64,000 bases of DNA from an uncultured Verrucomicrobiae bacterium (GCA_963702845.1 OY969763.1:5344001-5408000), one strand, 5' to 3'; shown: positions 18,776 through 28,246, counted from the first letter of the stretch. Program-made: numbers and translations. Notes: generated by a model not told the origin, from the sequence alone.

Positions 18776-21073
18776 GTGCGCGTACCCGTCGTTTGCCGTC
18801 TGTTTATCGTCGTTGTAACGGTGCTGCGTCTTTGCGCTTCAGCTCAAAATTCGAACGTTGCGCGGCCCGCGTTCTGGGCTGCCGACGCTCCGGTCCGTTG
18901 TATCACTGAAGCGAACGGCCTCGTTTACATCGGCGGCGATTTCCATTATCTCGGATATAATGCCGGCGGCGGCTGGACGTTTGATTCAAGCTCTGGCGCG
19001 CCTGCTCCTTCGTTCCCTAAAATCGATGGTCGAGTCCTGGCCGCTATCGATGACCAAGCTGGCGGTTGGTTTCTAGGCGGCGAGTTCACCCACATCGGCA
19101 CCAACTCTTGTTCCTACATCGCACATCTGAAGGCGGACGGTTCACTCGATCCCGCGTGGCATTTCGGCGCGAACAATCCTGTGAATGTCCTTTTGCTCAA
19201 TGGTGGCACGTTGTTCGCTGGCGGTTCATTCACGCTGATCGGCGGCGCGACGCACAATCGTTTGGCCGCGCTGAACACCAATAACGGATTCGCGACATCT
19301 TGGTCGCCAAATTTGAACGACGCTGTTTACGCGATGGCGATAGGTTCGAACAATCTGATGTATATCGGTGGCGTTTTCACCAACATCAATGCCTCGTTGA
19401 AACGCCGCTGCGGTGCGATTGATCTTACCACTGGCATTTTGATCACGGGTTTTACGCCGACTCCAAATGCGCCGGTTGAAGCTCTCGCTTACGCGCCGGA
19501 TCGTTTGCTGGTTGGCGGCTCCTTTACGACAATCGGCGGCGCTACCCGGACTTATTTGGCTGCGGTGAATCCTACGAATGGCACCGCGCTGTCGTGGAAT
19601 CCTCATCCCGATAATTTGGTTCACGCCGTCTGCCTGAGCAGCAACATCGTTTACGTCGGCGGTGCTTTCGCCAATGTGGGCGGTCAAGCGCGCGCTTCAA
19701 TCGCTGCTCTATCGCTGACCAACAATCTCGCCACCGCTTGGAATCCCAGCGCTAACGACCAGGTCTTTGCTCTGAAAGTATTTTCCAACTCGATTTATGC
19801 GAGTGGTCTGTTCACTAAAGTCGGCATCCAAAGCAGATATGGCGTCGCTTGCCTCGATACCAATCTCGGCCTACCGACGAGCTGGGTTGCCGACGCTGGA
19901 GGTCGCGGGTTCGCCGTCGGTGTTTCATCTTCGAATGTTTTTTTCGGCGGCAACATTCTGCTTCAAGGCAGCGGGCGAGAGCGCCTGGCAGCGATTGACG
20001 AATTAACTGGTCATGCCACTGCTTGGTCCCCTAACCCGAACTTTCCGGTTTTCACTTTAGCTGTCGCCAGCAATCTCGTTTATGCGGGCGGTGAATTTTC
20101 CAGTGTTGGCAACTTCACTCGCCTACACGTCGCGGCCATCGATTCAACAACCGGCATCCCCACTGCTTGGGCTCCAGATCCCGACAATGCCGTTTATTCC
20201 ATCCTGCCTACTCCATCCAAAATCTACATTGGTGGTCTATTTGCGAACATCGGCGGCCGACCTCGTGGTTTTTTGGCGGCTGTTGACCGAATTACCGGCA
20301 CTGCAACCACTTGGGACCCGGGAATGAATGGGAATGTCTACGTCTTGGGATTGCGCGGAAACTCACTCTATTGTGGCGGTTTTTTTACCTCTGCTGCCGG
20401 AATCAGCCGAAACTATATGGCTTCTTTTGACTCGCTTTCAGGTGATTTACTGCCTTTTAATGCGAACTGTAGCGATAAAGTTTACAATTTACTACTAAAT
20501 AACGGTCTGCTCTACATATCGGGTAATTTCGATTCCGTGGGCGGTGCAAACCAAAAGAAAGTCGCCGCTGTCGATCCTGTTTCGGGTTCCTTGGTTGATT
20601 GGAATCCTAATGCTACTGGAGTAGGCATCTACGCTTTGGCGGCCAGCCGATACTACTTTTTTGTCGGTGGCGACTCGCTTTTTATTAATGGCGATGCCCG
20701 CCAATTGGGCGCTTTTTCCGCTCGCTCGTCGATCGCCACAGCTTGGAATCCAGGTGCTGATGGTGGCCCGGTGGATCAATTTGCTTTGGGCGCGGATGGG
20801 ACTTTGTTTGTCGCCGGTGAATTCACAAGTATCGCTGGCGAAAATCGACCTTACCTGGCTGCTTTCGATCGCACCGGTCCACCTGATTTCGAAATTCCAA
20901 AAACTTCCTCACCACCCGTGTTCACGTTAACCGGAAATCCTGGTCAAAGTTACGTCATCGAAGCCTCACCGGATTTTATTTCGTGGTCTCCTGTCGTCAC
21001 CAACGTCGGTTGTTTTTCATTTTCAGTTACAAATTTTTCTTCGTCTTTATACTACCGATCTCGTAGCCCGTAA
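18776..21073 (+). CDS. Secreted beta-propeller repeat protein with a Verrucomicrobia-style C-terminal tail
   Basis: About 12 repeats of (L/V)Y(V/I)GG.F..(I/V)GG..R..LAA(V/I)D..G....WNP; C-terminal FTLTGNPGQSYVIEASPDFISW...YYR. Start is uncertain (GTG at 18776). Confidence 0.85.
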   Translation: MRVPVVCRLFIVVVTVLRLCASAQNSNVARPAFWAADAPVRCITEANGLVYIGGDFHYLGYNAGGGWTFDSSSGAPAPSFPKIDGRVLAAIDDQAGGWFLGGEFTHIGTNSCSYIAHLKADGSLDPAWHFGANNPVNVLLLNGGTLFAGGSFTLIGGATHNRLAALNTNNGFATSWSPNLNDAVYAMAIGSNNLMYIGGVFTNINASLKRRCGAIDLTTGILITGFTPTPNAPVEALAYAPDRLLVGGSFTTIGGATRTYLAAVNPTNGTALSWNPHPDNLVHAVCLSSNIVYVGGAFANVGGQARASIAALSLTNNLATAWNPSANDQVFALKVFSNSIYASGLFTKVGIQSRYGVACLDTNLGLPTSWVADAGGRGFAVGVSSSNVFFGGNILLQGSGRERLAAIDELTGHATAWSPNPNFPVFTLAVASNLVYAGGEFSSVGNFTRLHVAAIDSTTGIPTAWAPDPDNAVYSILPTPSKIYIGGLFANIGGRPRGFLAAVDRITGTATTWDPGMNGNVYVLGLRGNSLYCGGFFTSAAGISRNYMASFDSLSGDLLPFNANCSDKVYNLLLNNGLLYISGNFDSVGGANQKKVAAVDPVSGSLVDWNPNATGVGIYALAASRYYFFVGGDSLFINGDARQLGAFSARSSIATAWNPGADGGPVDQFALGADGTLFVAGEFTSIAGENRPYLAAFDRTGPPDFEIPKTSSPPVFTLTGNPGQSYVIEASPDFISWSPVVTNVGCFSFSVTNFSSSLYYRSRSP

Positions 21074-21139
21074 TCAGCCTGATGGCCTATCAGGCCTTCA
21101 CTTAAGGCGGTCTCAGTAACTACGCCAACAGTGTGTTAA

Positions 21140-21330
21140 TGGTATGTGAATGAGTTGTGCCGAGTGCGAACAACTATGAGTTTGGACTTTTCTCAAAGAC
21201 GATCCGTCGTTGTATACCCACAAGATTTTTGTTCTAAGTGGTTGTGCCAACCTTGACAGGGTGAGTTGTTTGCCTTATTCACACGGCTTAATAATAGTGA
21301 TTCTTTCAGGTACAGAAAGAGTACTATTAA
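21140..21330. promoter_or_regulatory. DnaA-box cluster and AT-rich element upstream of dnaN (oriC-like or DnaA-regulated promoter)
   Basis: TTATTCACA at 21275-21283, TGTGAATGA at 21145-21153, ATACCCACA at 21214-21222; CGGC then TTAATAATAGTGA follows the best box. Confidence 0.55.
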
Positions 21331-21337
21331 GAGCGCC

Positions 21338-22447
21338 ATGAATTTATCCATCTCCAAGGAACAACTGATCCACGGTTTGCAGTCAGTTCAAAACATCGTA
21401 AGCTCGCGCTCGACGCTGCCGATTCTGTCGAACGTGCTTCTGCGCGCGGAAGGAAACCGCCTGGAGCTGACCGCAACCGATCTCGATGTCACCGTCAGTT
21501 GCTCAGTGGAAGCGAACGTCAAGAAACCCGGCGCAACCACTGTGCCGGTGAAAAAGCTGTTCGGGATTGTCAAAGAATTGACCAGTCCGGAGATTGAATT
21601 TGAAGTGGACGATAAGAACGCAGCATCGATTCGCGCGGGAGCGTCGTTCTACAAAATTCACGGCTTGAGCGCTGATGAATTTCCGCCCATCCAGAAGTTC
21701 AAAGAAAATAAAAAAATCGCTCTGCCGCAGGACAAGTTGAAGAACATGCTGCGCAAGACTTCGTTCGCCATTTCGACCGACGAATCGCGCTACGTCTTGA
21801 ACGGAATTTACCTCAGCCTCAAAGATCACAAGGTCACGATGGTCGCTACCGATGGCCGTCGTTTGGCGCTGGTCGACGAGGAAGCAGATGTGCCGGCGGA
21901 TAGCCAGGGCGAGTTCATCATTCCCACCAAAGCCGTCAACGAACTGAATCGCTTGTTGCAAGGCAAAGGCGAAGTGGAATTGAAGTTCACTCAGAACCAG
22001 GTCGCATTGACGCTGAAGGATGAAAAAGGTTTTTCGATCCTGATTATTTCCAAGCTGGTAGAAGGCAATTACCCGAACTATCGCCAGGTCATCCCGACGG
22101 AAACAAAAGAACGCGTTCCATTGCCGCGAGAAGAATTTTTGGCTGCTCTGCGTCGCGCTCAAATCATGACGAGCGACAAGGCGAACTCGGTCAAACTGAA
22201 CCTGACGAAAAACAATCTCGCGATTACGGCCAATTCACCAGACGTCGGTGAAGCTCGTGAAAGCATGGCGATCAACTACAAGGGTCCCGACATGGCGATC
22301 GCTTTCAATCCCGCCTACATGATCGATCCGCTGAATGCCTTGAGCGAAGACGAAGTTTACCTCGAAGTGATTGACGAACTGAGCCCCGGCGTGTTGAAAA
22401 TCAACGGCCCGTTCCTTTACGTCGTGATGCCGATGCGCTTGAGCTAA
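21338..22447 (+). CDS. dnaN: DNA polymerase III beta sliding clamp
   Basis: TLPILSNVL, LTATDLD, SRYVLNG, VATDGRRL, EGNYPNY; C-terminal YVVMPMRL. Confidence 0.98.
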   Translation: MNLSISKEQLIHGLQSVQNIVSSRSTLPILSNVLLRAEGNRLELTATDLDVTVSCSVEANVKKPGATTVPVKKLFGIVKELTSPEIEFEVDDKNAASIRAGASFYKIHGLSADEFPPIQKFKENKKIALPQDKLKNMLRKTSFAISTDESRYVLNGIYLSLKDHKVTMVATDGRRLALVDEEADVPADSQGEFIIPTKAVNELNRLLQGKGEVELKFTQNQVALTLKDEKGFSILIISKLVEGNYPNYRQVIPTETKERVPLPREEFLAALRRAQIMTSDKANSVKLNLTKNNLAITANSPDVGEARESMAINYKGPDMAIAFNPAYMIDPLNALSEDEVYLEVIDELSPGVLKINGPFLYVVMPMRLS

Positions 22448-22606
22448 CGCTCGGACAAGACTTTGATTCACTGAAGAAGACTCGGATCCGGCGAACCGTC
22501 CTAAGACGAAACTGCGCGTCTGGTGAACAACCGGTGAACGGCCGGTGAAGAACTTCCAACAACATTAGCGTGAGCATCGGGCCAAGCCCGATAAACTCGC
22601 TCCGCT

Positions 22607-23485
22607 ATGTCAGAAAACTATCAACGGCTGCTCGACTCTACGATCGAACACCTCAAGTGGCTCAAAGCGTCCGGACGCCAATTTGTCGTGGTGCAGTCAC
22701 AGACGTTGAAAGACCTACAAGCGCCACCGCCATTGCCCCGAGTCCAATTTCGACCCGAACAACCGAAGCAGGAGGCACAACCAACCGCAGCACAACCAAA
22801 GCTGGCGGCTACGACTGGGGAACTCGTAGCCGCCAGGGTGACGAGCGACATCGAATCACCTCGGGCAAAAGCAATCGCTGAAATTCAAACGCGCGCGATG
22901 GCGTGTGTGAAGTGCCCGAACCTCGCGACGTCGCGCAAGAACGTGGTGTTCGGTGTTGGGAACGCAGATGCGGAACTGATGTTCGTTGGTGAAGCACCAG
23001 GAGCGGACGAAGACGCGCAGGGCGAACCGTTTGTCGGAGCAGCGGGACAGTTGCTCACGAAAATTATCAAAGCCATGGGACTGAGCCGCGAGACGGTTTA
23101 CATCGCGAACATTTTGAAATGCCGCCCGGATATGCCGCCACAAACTCCGGGAAATCGCAAGCCGACTGCGGACGAGATGAAGACGTGTATGCCGTATTTA
23201 CTGGAGCAGATCGACGTGATCAAACCGAAAGTTATCGTGGCACTAGGCGCGACGGCTGTGGAAGGGTTGCTCGGAAAAACGGAAGGCATCACGAAGCTGC
23301 GCGGCAGTTTTAAATCGTTTCGCGACACGCCGCTCATGCCGACGTTTCACCCCGCCTACTTGTTGCGCAATCAAGCTATGAGCGAGAAGCGCAAGGTTTG
23401 GGAGGATATGCTGCAAGTGATGGAAAAACTCAACCTGTCCGTCACGGAGAAGCAGCGCGGCTATTTCTTGAACGCTAGCGCTTGA
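22607..23485 (+). CDS. Uracil-DNA glycosylase family 4 (Fe-S)
   Basis: CVKC, VFGVG, FVGEAPG..ED..GEPFVG, ANILKCRP, TFHPAYLLR. Confidence 0.95.
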   Translation: MSENYQRLLDSTIEHLKWLKASGRQFVVVQSQTLKDLQAPPPLPRVQFRPEQPKQEAQPTAAQPKLAATTGELVAARVTSDIESPRAKAIAEIQTRAMACVKCPNLATSRKNVVFGVGNADAELMFVGEAPGADEDAQGEPFVGAAGQLLTKIIKAMGLSRETVYIANILKCRPDMPPQTPGNRKPTADEMKTCMPYLLEQIDVIKPKVIVALGATAVEGLLGKTEGITKLRGSFKSFRDTPLMPTFHPAYLLRNQAMSEKRKVWEDMLQVMEKLNLSVTEKQRGYFLNASA

Positions 23486-24866
23486 ACTTCCGGAACGTCC
23501 GGGCAAGACGACGGCGTGCGATCCCCTTCCAGAAACTGAATCGGCTCGGTCCAAACAGAACCGTCGGCGTGCCCGCGAAAAAGCTGCTGCGAATGTAACC
23601 GCGTCGACGCAGTTGGTCTTCCACAACACGCAAAGGCTCAGCATCACAAGCTCGCACCATCACGAAAGGCCGATCACGTTCAATCGTGCCGATGACGCCA
23701 AGCGAAAGTTCGGTTTGGGTATCACACTCGATTTTAATCAACGAGACGCGTTCACTGAGCAAGACTGGTGCGTCCTCTCGCACGGTCGCGTTCTGCGCCA
23801 AACCGTTCTCGGCAATGTTCAATTTCAACAAGCGCACGCTCTCCGGATGCGATTCGAACGCGACGACTTTCGCGCCAACAATCTTGCCAAAGAAAACGGA
23901 GTCGTTGCCGAACCGCGCGCCGACGTCCATGACAACGCAATAGCGAGGCAGCAGGAACGAGACGAATTCAAGCAGGTCCACGTCATAAAATGCGCGTGAG
24001 CGACGCACCTTATCGAACAGACGATCTCCTTCGAGACCGTGCAGAACGACGTCGGTTTGAGAGTTATCGACGGGTGAACGAAAGGTGAAACGGGCAGCGC
24101 CGGACGTCGTCGGTTCGACTGGCACGCAATCGGTTTCGAGCGCGCGTTTCCAATCTTCGCCCAATGTAAAACTGTTCAGATGCTGAGCATCGATGCGGCG
24201 CGATTTCCGATTCACCTCATTCGCGTAATTGGTGTCGTGAATGACTTGCAACCAACTGAACGACTGCCCAAAGCGGTCGGGTTCAAAGACGGGCGCGACC
24301 TCGTCCATTCTGCCGTGTTCAGCGTGCAAACAGGTTTTCAGGTCGCAGACCGGCGAAACCATGCTCAGAAACGCATTCACTTTGAACGACACCGCGAACA
24401 GCCCGTCTTTGCGGAGCTGACAGCCGTTACGGAAGTTGATGACACAATGTTTGTCGGGCGCTTGCTTTAACGCACACGAGAGAATGTTCGCCATGTAATC
24501 ATTGGCAATGGCATCGTCGTTATCCAAACGTGTGGTGACAACGCGCGCGATGGAAAGCTCCGCAGCGATGCGCTTGATTTCGTTGACGTAGATTTCTCCG
24601 GAATAACGCTCGGCCGTGAGCACGCGCGTAAGAGGAAATGGCTTGAGGCCTTCTCTCAATCGATCCATCCAGCGCGTCGGCGTCCGCGCGTCCATCAAGA
24701 TGAGCCAATAAAAGTTGAGCTGACGTTGAGCGAGGACCGACGGCAAACAAAAGTTTTCGAACAACGCAAACCGGTGCTCGAGCCATTTCGCGTTCAGCCC
24801 GAGAGGATCCGGCACAAAACCCGATGTGATGTTGAATCGGGTCAGGAGAAAGTGTGCCGTGTCCAT
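23475..24866 (-). CDS. Putative rhamnosyltransferase-like (DUF3118-type) glycosyltransferase fused to a FkbM-like methyltransferase domain
   Basis: N-terminal HFLLTRFN..RFALFENFCLPSV..TTRLDNDDA; C-terminal VMDVGARFG..VVAFE..LKLNI..N..LIKIE. Confidence 0.75.
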   Translation of the reverse strand: MDTAHFLLTRFNITSGFVPDPLGLNAKWLEHRFALFENFCLPSVLAQRQLNFYWLILMDARTPTRWMDRLREGLKPFPLTRVLTAERYSGEIYVNEIKRIAAELSIARVVTTRLDNDDAIANDYMANILSCALKQAPDKHCVINFRNGCQLRKDGLFAVSFKVNAFLSMVSPVCDLKTCLHAEHGRMDEVAPVFEPDRFGQSFSWLQVIHDTNYANEVNRKSRRIDAQHLNSFTLGEDWKRALETDCVPVEPTTSGAARFTFRSPVDNSQTDVVLHGLEGDRLFDKVRRSRAFYDVDLLEFVSFLLPRYCVVMDVGARFGNDSVFFGKIVGAKVVAFESHPESVRLLKLNIAENGLAQNATVREDAPVLLSERVSLIKIECDTQTELSLGVIGTIERDRPFVMVRACDAEPLRVVEDQLRRRGYIRSSFFAGTPTVLFGPSRFSFWKGIARRRLARTFRKFKR

Positions 24867-24883
24867 GATGGGACGCGCTAAGA

Positions 24884-25651
24884 TTATTTGGCGACCGCTC
24901 CAAAAACCTTTTGCAAGAGATCGCTCGTGCGTGCGGCGGGATTTTGGCGAATGGCCGCTTCCTCGTTCGCGATCATCTTGAACAAGCCGTCGAGCGCTTT
25001 GGTCGTGACGTAAGCGTCGACGTCGAGCGACTCGGTTTTAGTGAAGCTACTCGCAAGCGAACCGAAGGAACCCAGGGAACCGGTGTAATCGCCCGCCTTC
25101 GACATGAACTTCTTATAGGCTGCCGTCGTGCCCGCTTTGTCGGTGGCGGCTTTGACAATCGGCGCGAATTTCTGCTGCAACGCCGCGCGCGTCTTCTTTT
25201 GAAAGTATAAAGTAGCGGCATTGGTGCTGCTGCTCAAAATGCTTTTGGCGTCATCGATCGACATCGAGCTGACCGCGTCACCGAAGACGCTAGCCGCTTC
25301 GGGTATAGCTGCTTCGGCGGCATGATTCATCGTGGCGATAAAGTTGTCAGCCAACGTGTCCTGCTTGGCTGCGCGCAGGCCTTTTTCGACGCTCTTTAGT
25401 TTGTCGGGGATCAAAATCTTCACGCTCGTATTGGTGAGGAATCCGCTGTCGTGTCCTAATTGCGCGATGGCGTTCTGAACGCCTTTGCCGAGCGCCTCTT
25501 TCAGACCTTGGACAAGCTGGTCCTGGCGAAGCGAAGCCGCCGCGCTTTTAGCGGTGGCGTTGTCGATAAGGGGAGTGAGCAGGTCGGTGTCGGCACGGAC
25601 ACCGGCGGTGAGGGCCAACGTTGCGAGGACGACAGCAAGGCGTATCTTCAT
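24884..25651 (-). CDS. DUF4197 family exported protein
   Basis: GLKEAL..G, MNHAAEAA, AAT.YF, YVTTKALDGLF..IA.EE..IR.NP..RTSDLLQKVFG. Confidence 0.92.
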   Translation of the reverse strand: MKIRLAVVLATLALTAGVRADTDLLTPLIDNATAKSAAASLRQDQLVQGLKEALGKGVQNAIAQLGHDSGFLTNTSVKILIPDKLKSVEKGLRAAKQDTLADNFIATMNHAAEAAIPEAASVFGDAVSSMSIDDAKSILSSSTNAATLYFQKKTRAALQQKFAPIVKAATDKAGTTAAYKKFMSKAGDYTGSLGSFGSLASSFTKTESLDVDAYVTTKALDGLFKMIANEEAAIRQNPAARTSDLLQKVFGAVAK

Positions 25652-25696
25652 CAGCCTGGGACTATGCCACGAACAACTTGTTGAAACAGCCAAAAA

Positions 25697-26473
25697 TCAA
25701 AGCTGCAACAGCCTCTCCGCATTTTTCGCGCGAATGGCCGCGAGCTGCGCGTCGTTCATGGCCGATTCCTTCAACTTCAACACAGCCGATTCGAAATAGT
25801 AAAACGGCGCGTGCGAACCGAACAGAATTCGGTCGAAGGGAATCTTTTCAGCAAGCGTGTTGATCCCGCCGACGCCTTCGCGCGTGGCGATATCGAAGCA
25901 AACATTTTTACTCGCGACCAGATGTTGCAGGTTCTTCATGCCGGTCCCGCGAAAGGTGTTGAGGATGACCACGCGCAGGTCCGGATGAGTTTTGAGCAAA
26001 CCAGCCAGAGGCGCGGTATCGACGTCTTTGACCTGCATGAGCGGATGTTGGGTGCGCTCATCTTCGATGCTGACGGCGACTTGCAGGATGATCCGGTGCT
26101 CGTCGCACAAGGCGAGCAGGCGCGCGAAATCCGGATGGTCGAGCTTGTAGCCGTGATAATTCGGGAACACGCGCAGGCCGCGCATCTGATGCTCTTCAAC
26201 GCAGCGGCGCACGTCGTCATCCCACGCGGGCAAGGTGATGTTCACCGTGCCGAACGGCAACAGGATGCCGTGACCGTGCTTGTGACATTCGTCGACCAGC
26301 CGCGCGTTGGCCCCGGCGATGTCTTTGTGCAACACACCATCGAACGTCCCGGCCCACGCTTGTGTGACGCCGTGATGACGCAGGATTTTGACGAGGTCTG
26401 CGGTGTCGTCGCCGTTCAATCGGCGAAAGGACCAGCGCGCGAGCGTGACGTTGGTGTCGATGAGATGCGTCAT
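25697..26473 (-). CDS. Amidohydrolase_2 family protein with degenerate metal motif
   Basis: IDTNV in place of DxHxH; RVFPNYHGY; RILFGSHAP. Confidence 0.8.
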   Translation of the reverse strand: MTHLIDTNVTLARWSFRRLNGDDTADLVKILRHHGVTQAWAGTFDGVLHKDIAGANARLVDECHKHGHGILLPFGTVNITLPAWDDDVRRCVEEHQMRGLRVFPNYHGYKLDHPDFARLLALCDEHRIILQVAVSIEDERTQHPLMQVKDVDTAPLAGLLKTHPDLRVVILNTFRGTGMKNLQHLVASKNVCFDIATREGVGGINTLAEKIPFDRILFGSHAPFYYFESAVLKLKESAMNDAQLAAIRAKNAERLLQL

Positions 26474-27252
26474 GCCTGCATGCCTTTCGCGTGTAGTATC
26501 GGCAACATCATGCGCCGCAGGTTTGGGCCGAGGATAAGTTTCTTGGCCGATTCAGGAATGTCCGCCGCGTAAACTTTGGCCAGTTGCGACGCGAAACTGC
26601 GTCCGCCGGCGTCGCTGCCGTAAATGATTCGTTCCGCGCCGAGCTCGCGATAGGCCATTTCGGTGACGCCCGCCGTCGGATCGAATCCAGCGAGATCGAC
26701 CGAAACATTTTTCGAAGCGCGAATGGCGCGAATGCCCAGCTCCCAATCGCCGCCGGTATGGCCAAGAATCATCGGCACATTCGGATAACGACCCGCGAGC
26801 GCGGCCATGTCCAGCGGAGTGGATGAGCCGGGCCGATTGCCGGAAACAACCACCCACGTGTGTTGGAAAATGATCGCTTTCAACTCGGCGCAGCGTTCGA
26901 CAATCGGATCCAGATCGGGCGAATTGCAGCGCTCAGCCACCCACAGTTTGATGCCGACCATTGGACCGTCGCGAATGCAGCGGTTGATTTCGTCGAGACT
27001 TTCTTTGACGTATTTCGGATTGATGTAGGCAAACCCGAACGCGCGATGATGCCAATGGCTCAGTGCCTGGATGACTTCATCGTTCTGATTGCGAAAATCG
27101 GTCGGCGTCGGGTCATCGGACCATTTCATGCCCATGTAAACGCAGAGGCGATCGATGCCCATGCGATCGGCGTATTGGACGAGCGAATACATGCGCTCAT
27201 CCGGCGTGCGTCCGGGCACGGTAGCGATGTGGCAATGCAAATCCCAAATCAT
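26470..27252 (-). CDS. Amidohydrolase_2 family metal-dependent hydrolase
   Basis: WDLHCH, VGIKL, FQH, LGHTGG, IIYGSD; 4-bp overlap with the downstream paralogue. Confidence 0.88.
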   Translation of the reverse strand: MIWDLHCHIATVPGRTPDERMYSLVQYADRMGIDRLCVYMGMKWSDDPTPTDFRNQNDEVIQALSHWHHRAFGFAYINPKYVKESLDEINRCIRDGPMVGIKLWVAERCNSPDLDPIVERCAELKAIIFQHTWVVVSGNRPGSSTPLDMAALAGRYPNVPMILGHTGGDWELGIRAIRASKNVSVDLAGFDPTAGVTEMAYRELGAERIIYGSDAGGRSFASQLAKVYAADIPESAKKLILGPNLRRMMLPILHAKGMQA

Positions 27253-27311
27253 CGGGGCAAGGCTACGCGCTAAACCCCAAAGGCTAAAAGGCAAAACCAC
27301 ACTCCGTAATT

Positions 27312-27405
27312 CACCACGGAACGCGGAAACACAGAGAAAAGGAGGAGAACCACACGCCGCGCCGACTTTATTTTCCCTCTCTGTGTCTTTATGGCCCCGA
27401 TGGTT
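27312..27405. repeat. Long imperfect inverted repeat
   Basis: CACCACGG..ACACAGAG in the left arm versus CTCTGTGT...GATGGT in the right arm. Confidence 0.5.
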
Positions 27406-27795
27406 TCTCGCCCAGTTTCAAATTTTAAATTTTAAATCCAAAACTGTTTGCTGCCACCCTGTTTCCACAGGCTCCAGGCGGCCTGCCGGAACGCCGAACT
27501 CCGATTCGGAGCGCCCAATTGTTCTTTGACAGATGCTCAAGGGTCAGCCGTCAATAAATCACTCAGTTAGGGCCTATTTCGAGTAATTTCGAACTAATTG
27601 GACCTGTTTCGACCTGGATTTTTAACCGGGAGCGGGCCAAACAGCGGCGTTTTGAGGCGAAGTGGACATTACCCATCCCCGTGTCCAATTCCCGCGTAAC
27701 TCAACTGAGAGTAGCGGCGGCCCAAAAACTGTCCTATTCGTCGCCGCGGGCCAGCCCCTATGGATATGTTTGATTGATTGGGCGATATTCCCACT

Positions 27796-28239
27796 ATGCA
27801 AGTGGTGAAGTGGATGAGTGTAGGATTGTTGTCTGTCGGGTTAGGAGCGGTGAGTGCGGATGCTTCGGACCAATTGAAGCCATCGAACTCTGCGGGAAAA
27901 ATCTCTGAACCTGCCGGGGCCGCGTCCAGTTCAGACGCGAATGCAGATAACACCGTGGAGAATAAACGCGATCGCGACGACGCAACGTTAACGCCGGGAG
28001 ACCAAGGCCACAGCAAAGCGGATCGGCAAATCACGGCGAAAATTCGGCGGGCGATCACGAAAGACAAGCAGCTCTCGACCACGGCGAAGAACATCAAAAT
28101 CATCACCGTCGATGGCAAGGTGACGTTGCGTGGCGCGGTCAAGACGGCAGAGGAACGTTCGACGATTGATAGCATCGTGCAACAGGCTGGCCCGAGTTCG
28201 TTGGATAACCAATTGGAAGTGGAACCACCAAAAAAATAG
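27796..28239 (+). CDS. BON domain (OsmY-like) exported protein
   Basis: ADNT..NKRDR...TP.DQ, DRQITAKIR, KNIKIITVDGKVTLRGAV, DNQLEV. Confidence 0.92.
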   Translation: MQVVKWMSVGLLSVGLGAVSADASDQLKPSNSAGKISEPAGAASSSDANADNTVENKRDRDDATLTPGDQGHSKADRQITAKIRRAITKDKQLSTTAKNIKIITVDGKVTLRGAVKTAEERSTIDSIVQQAGPSSLDNQLEVEPPKK

Positions 28240-28246
28240 GAATGTT

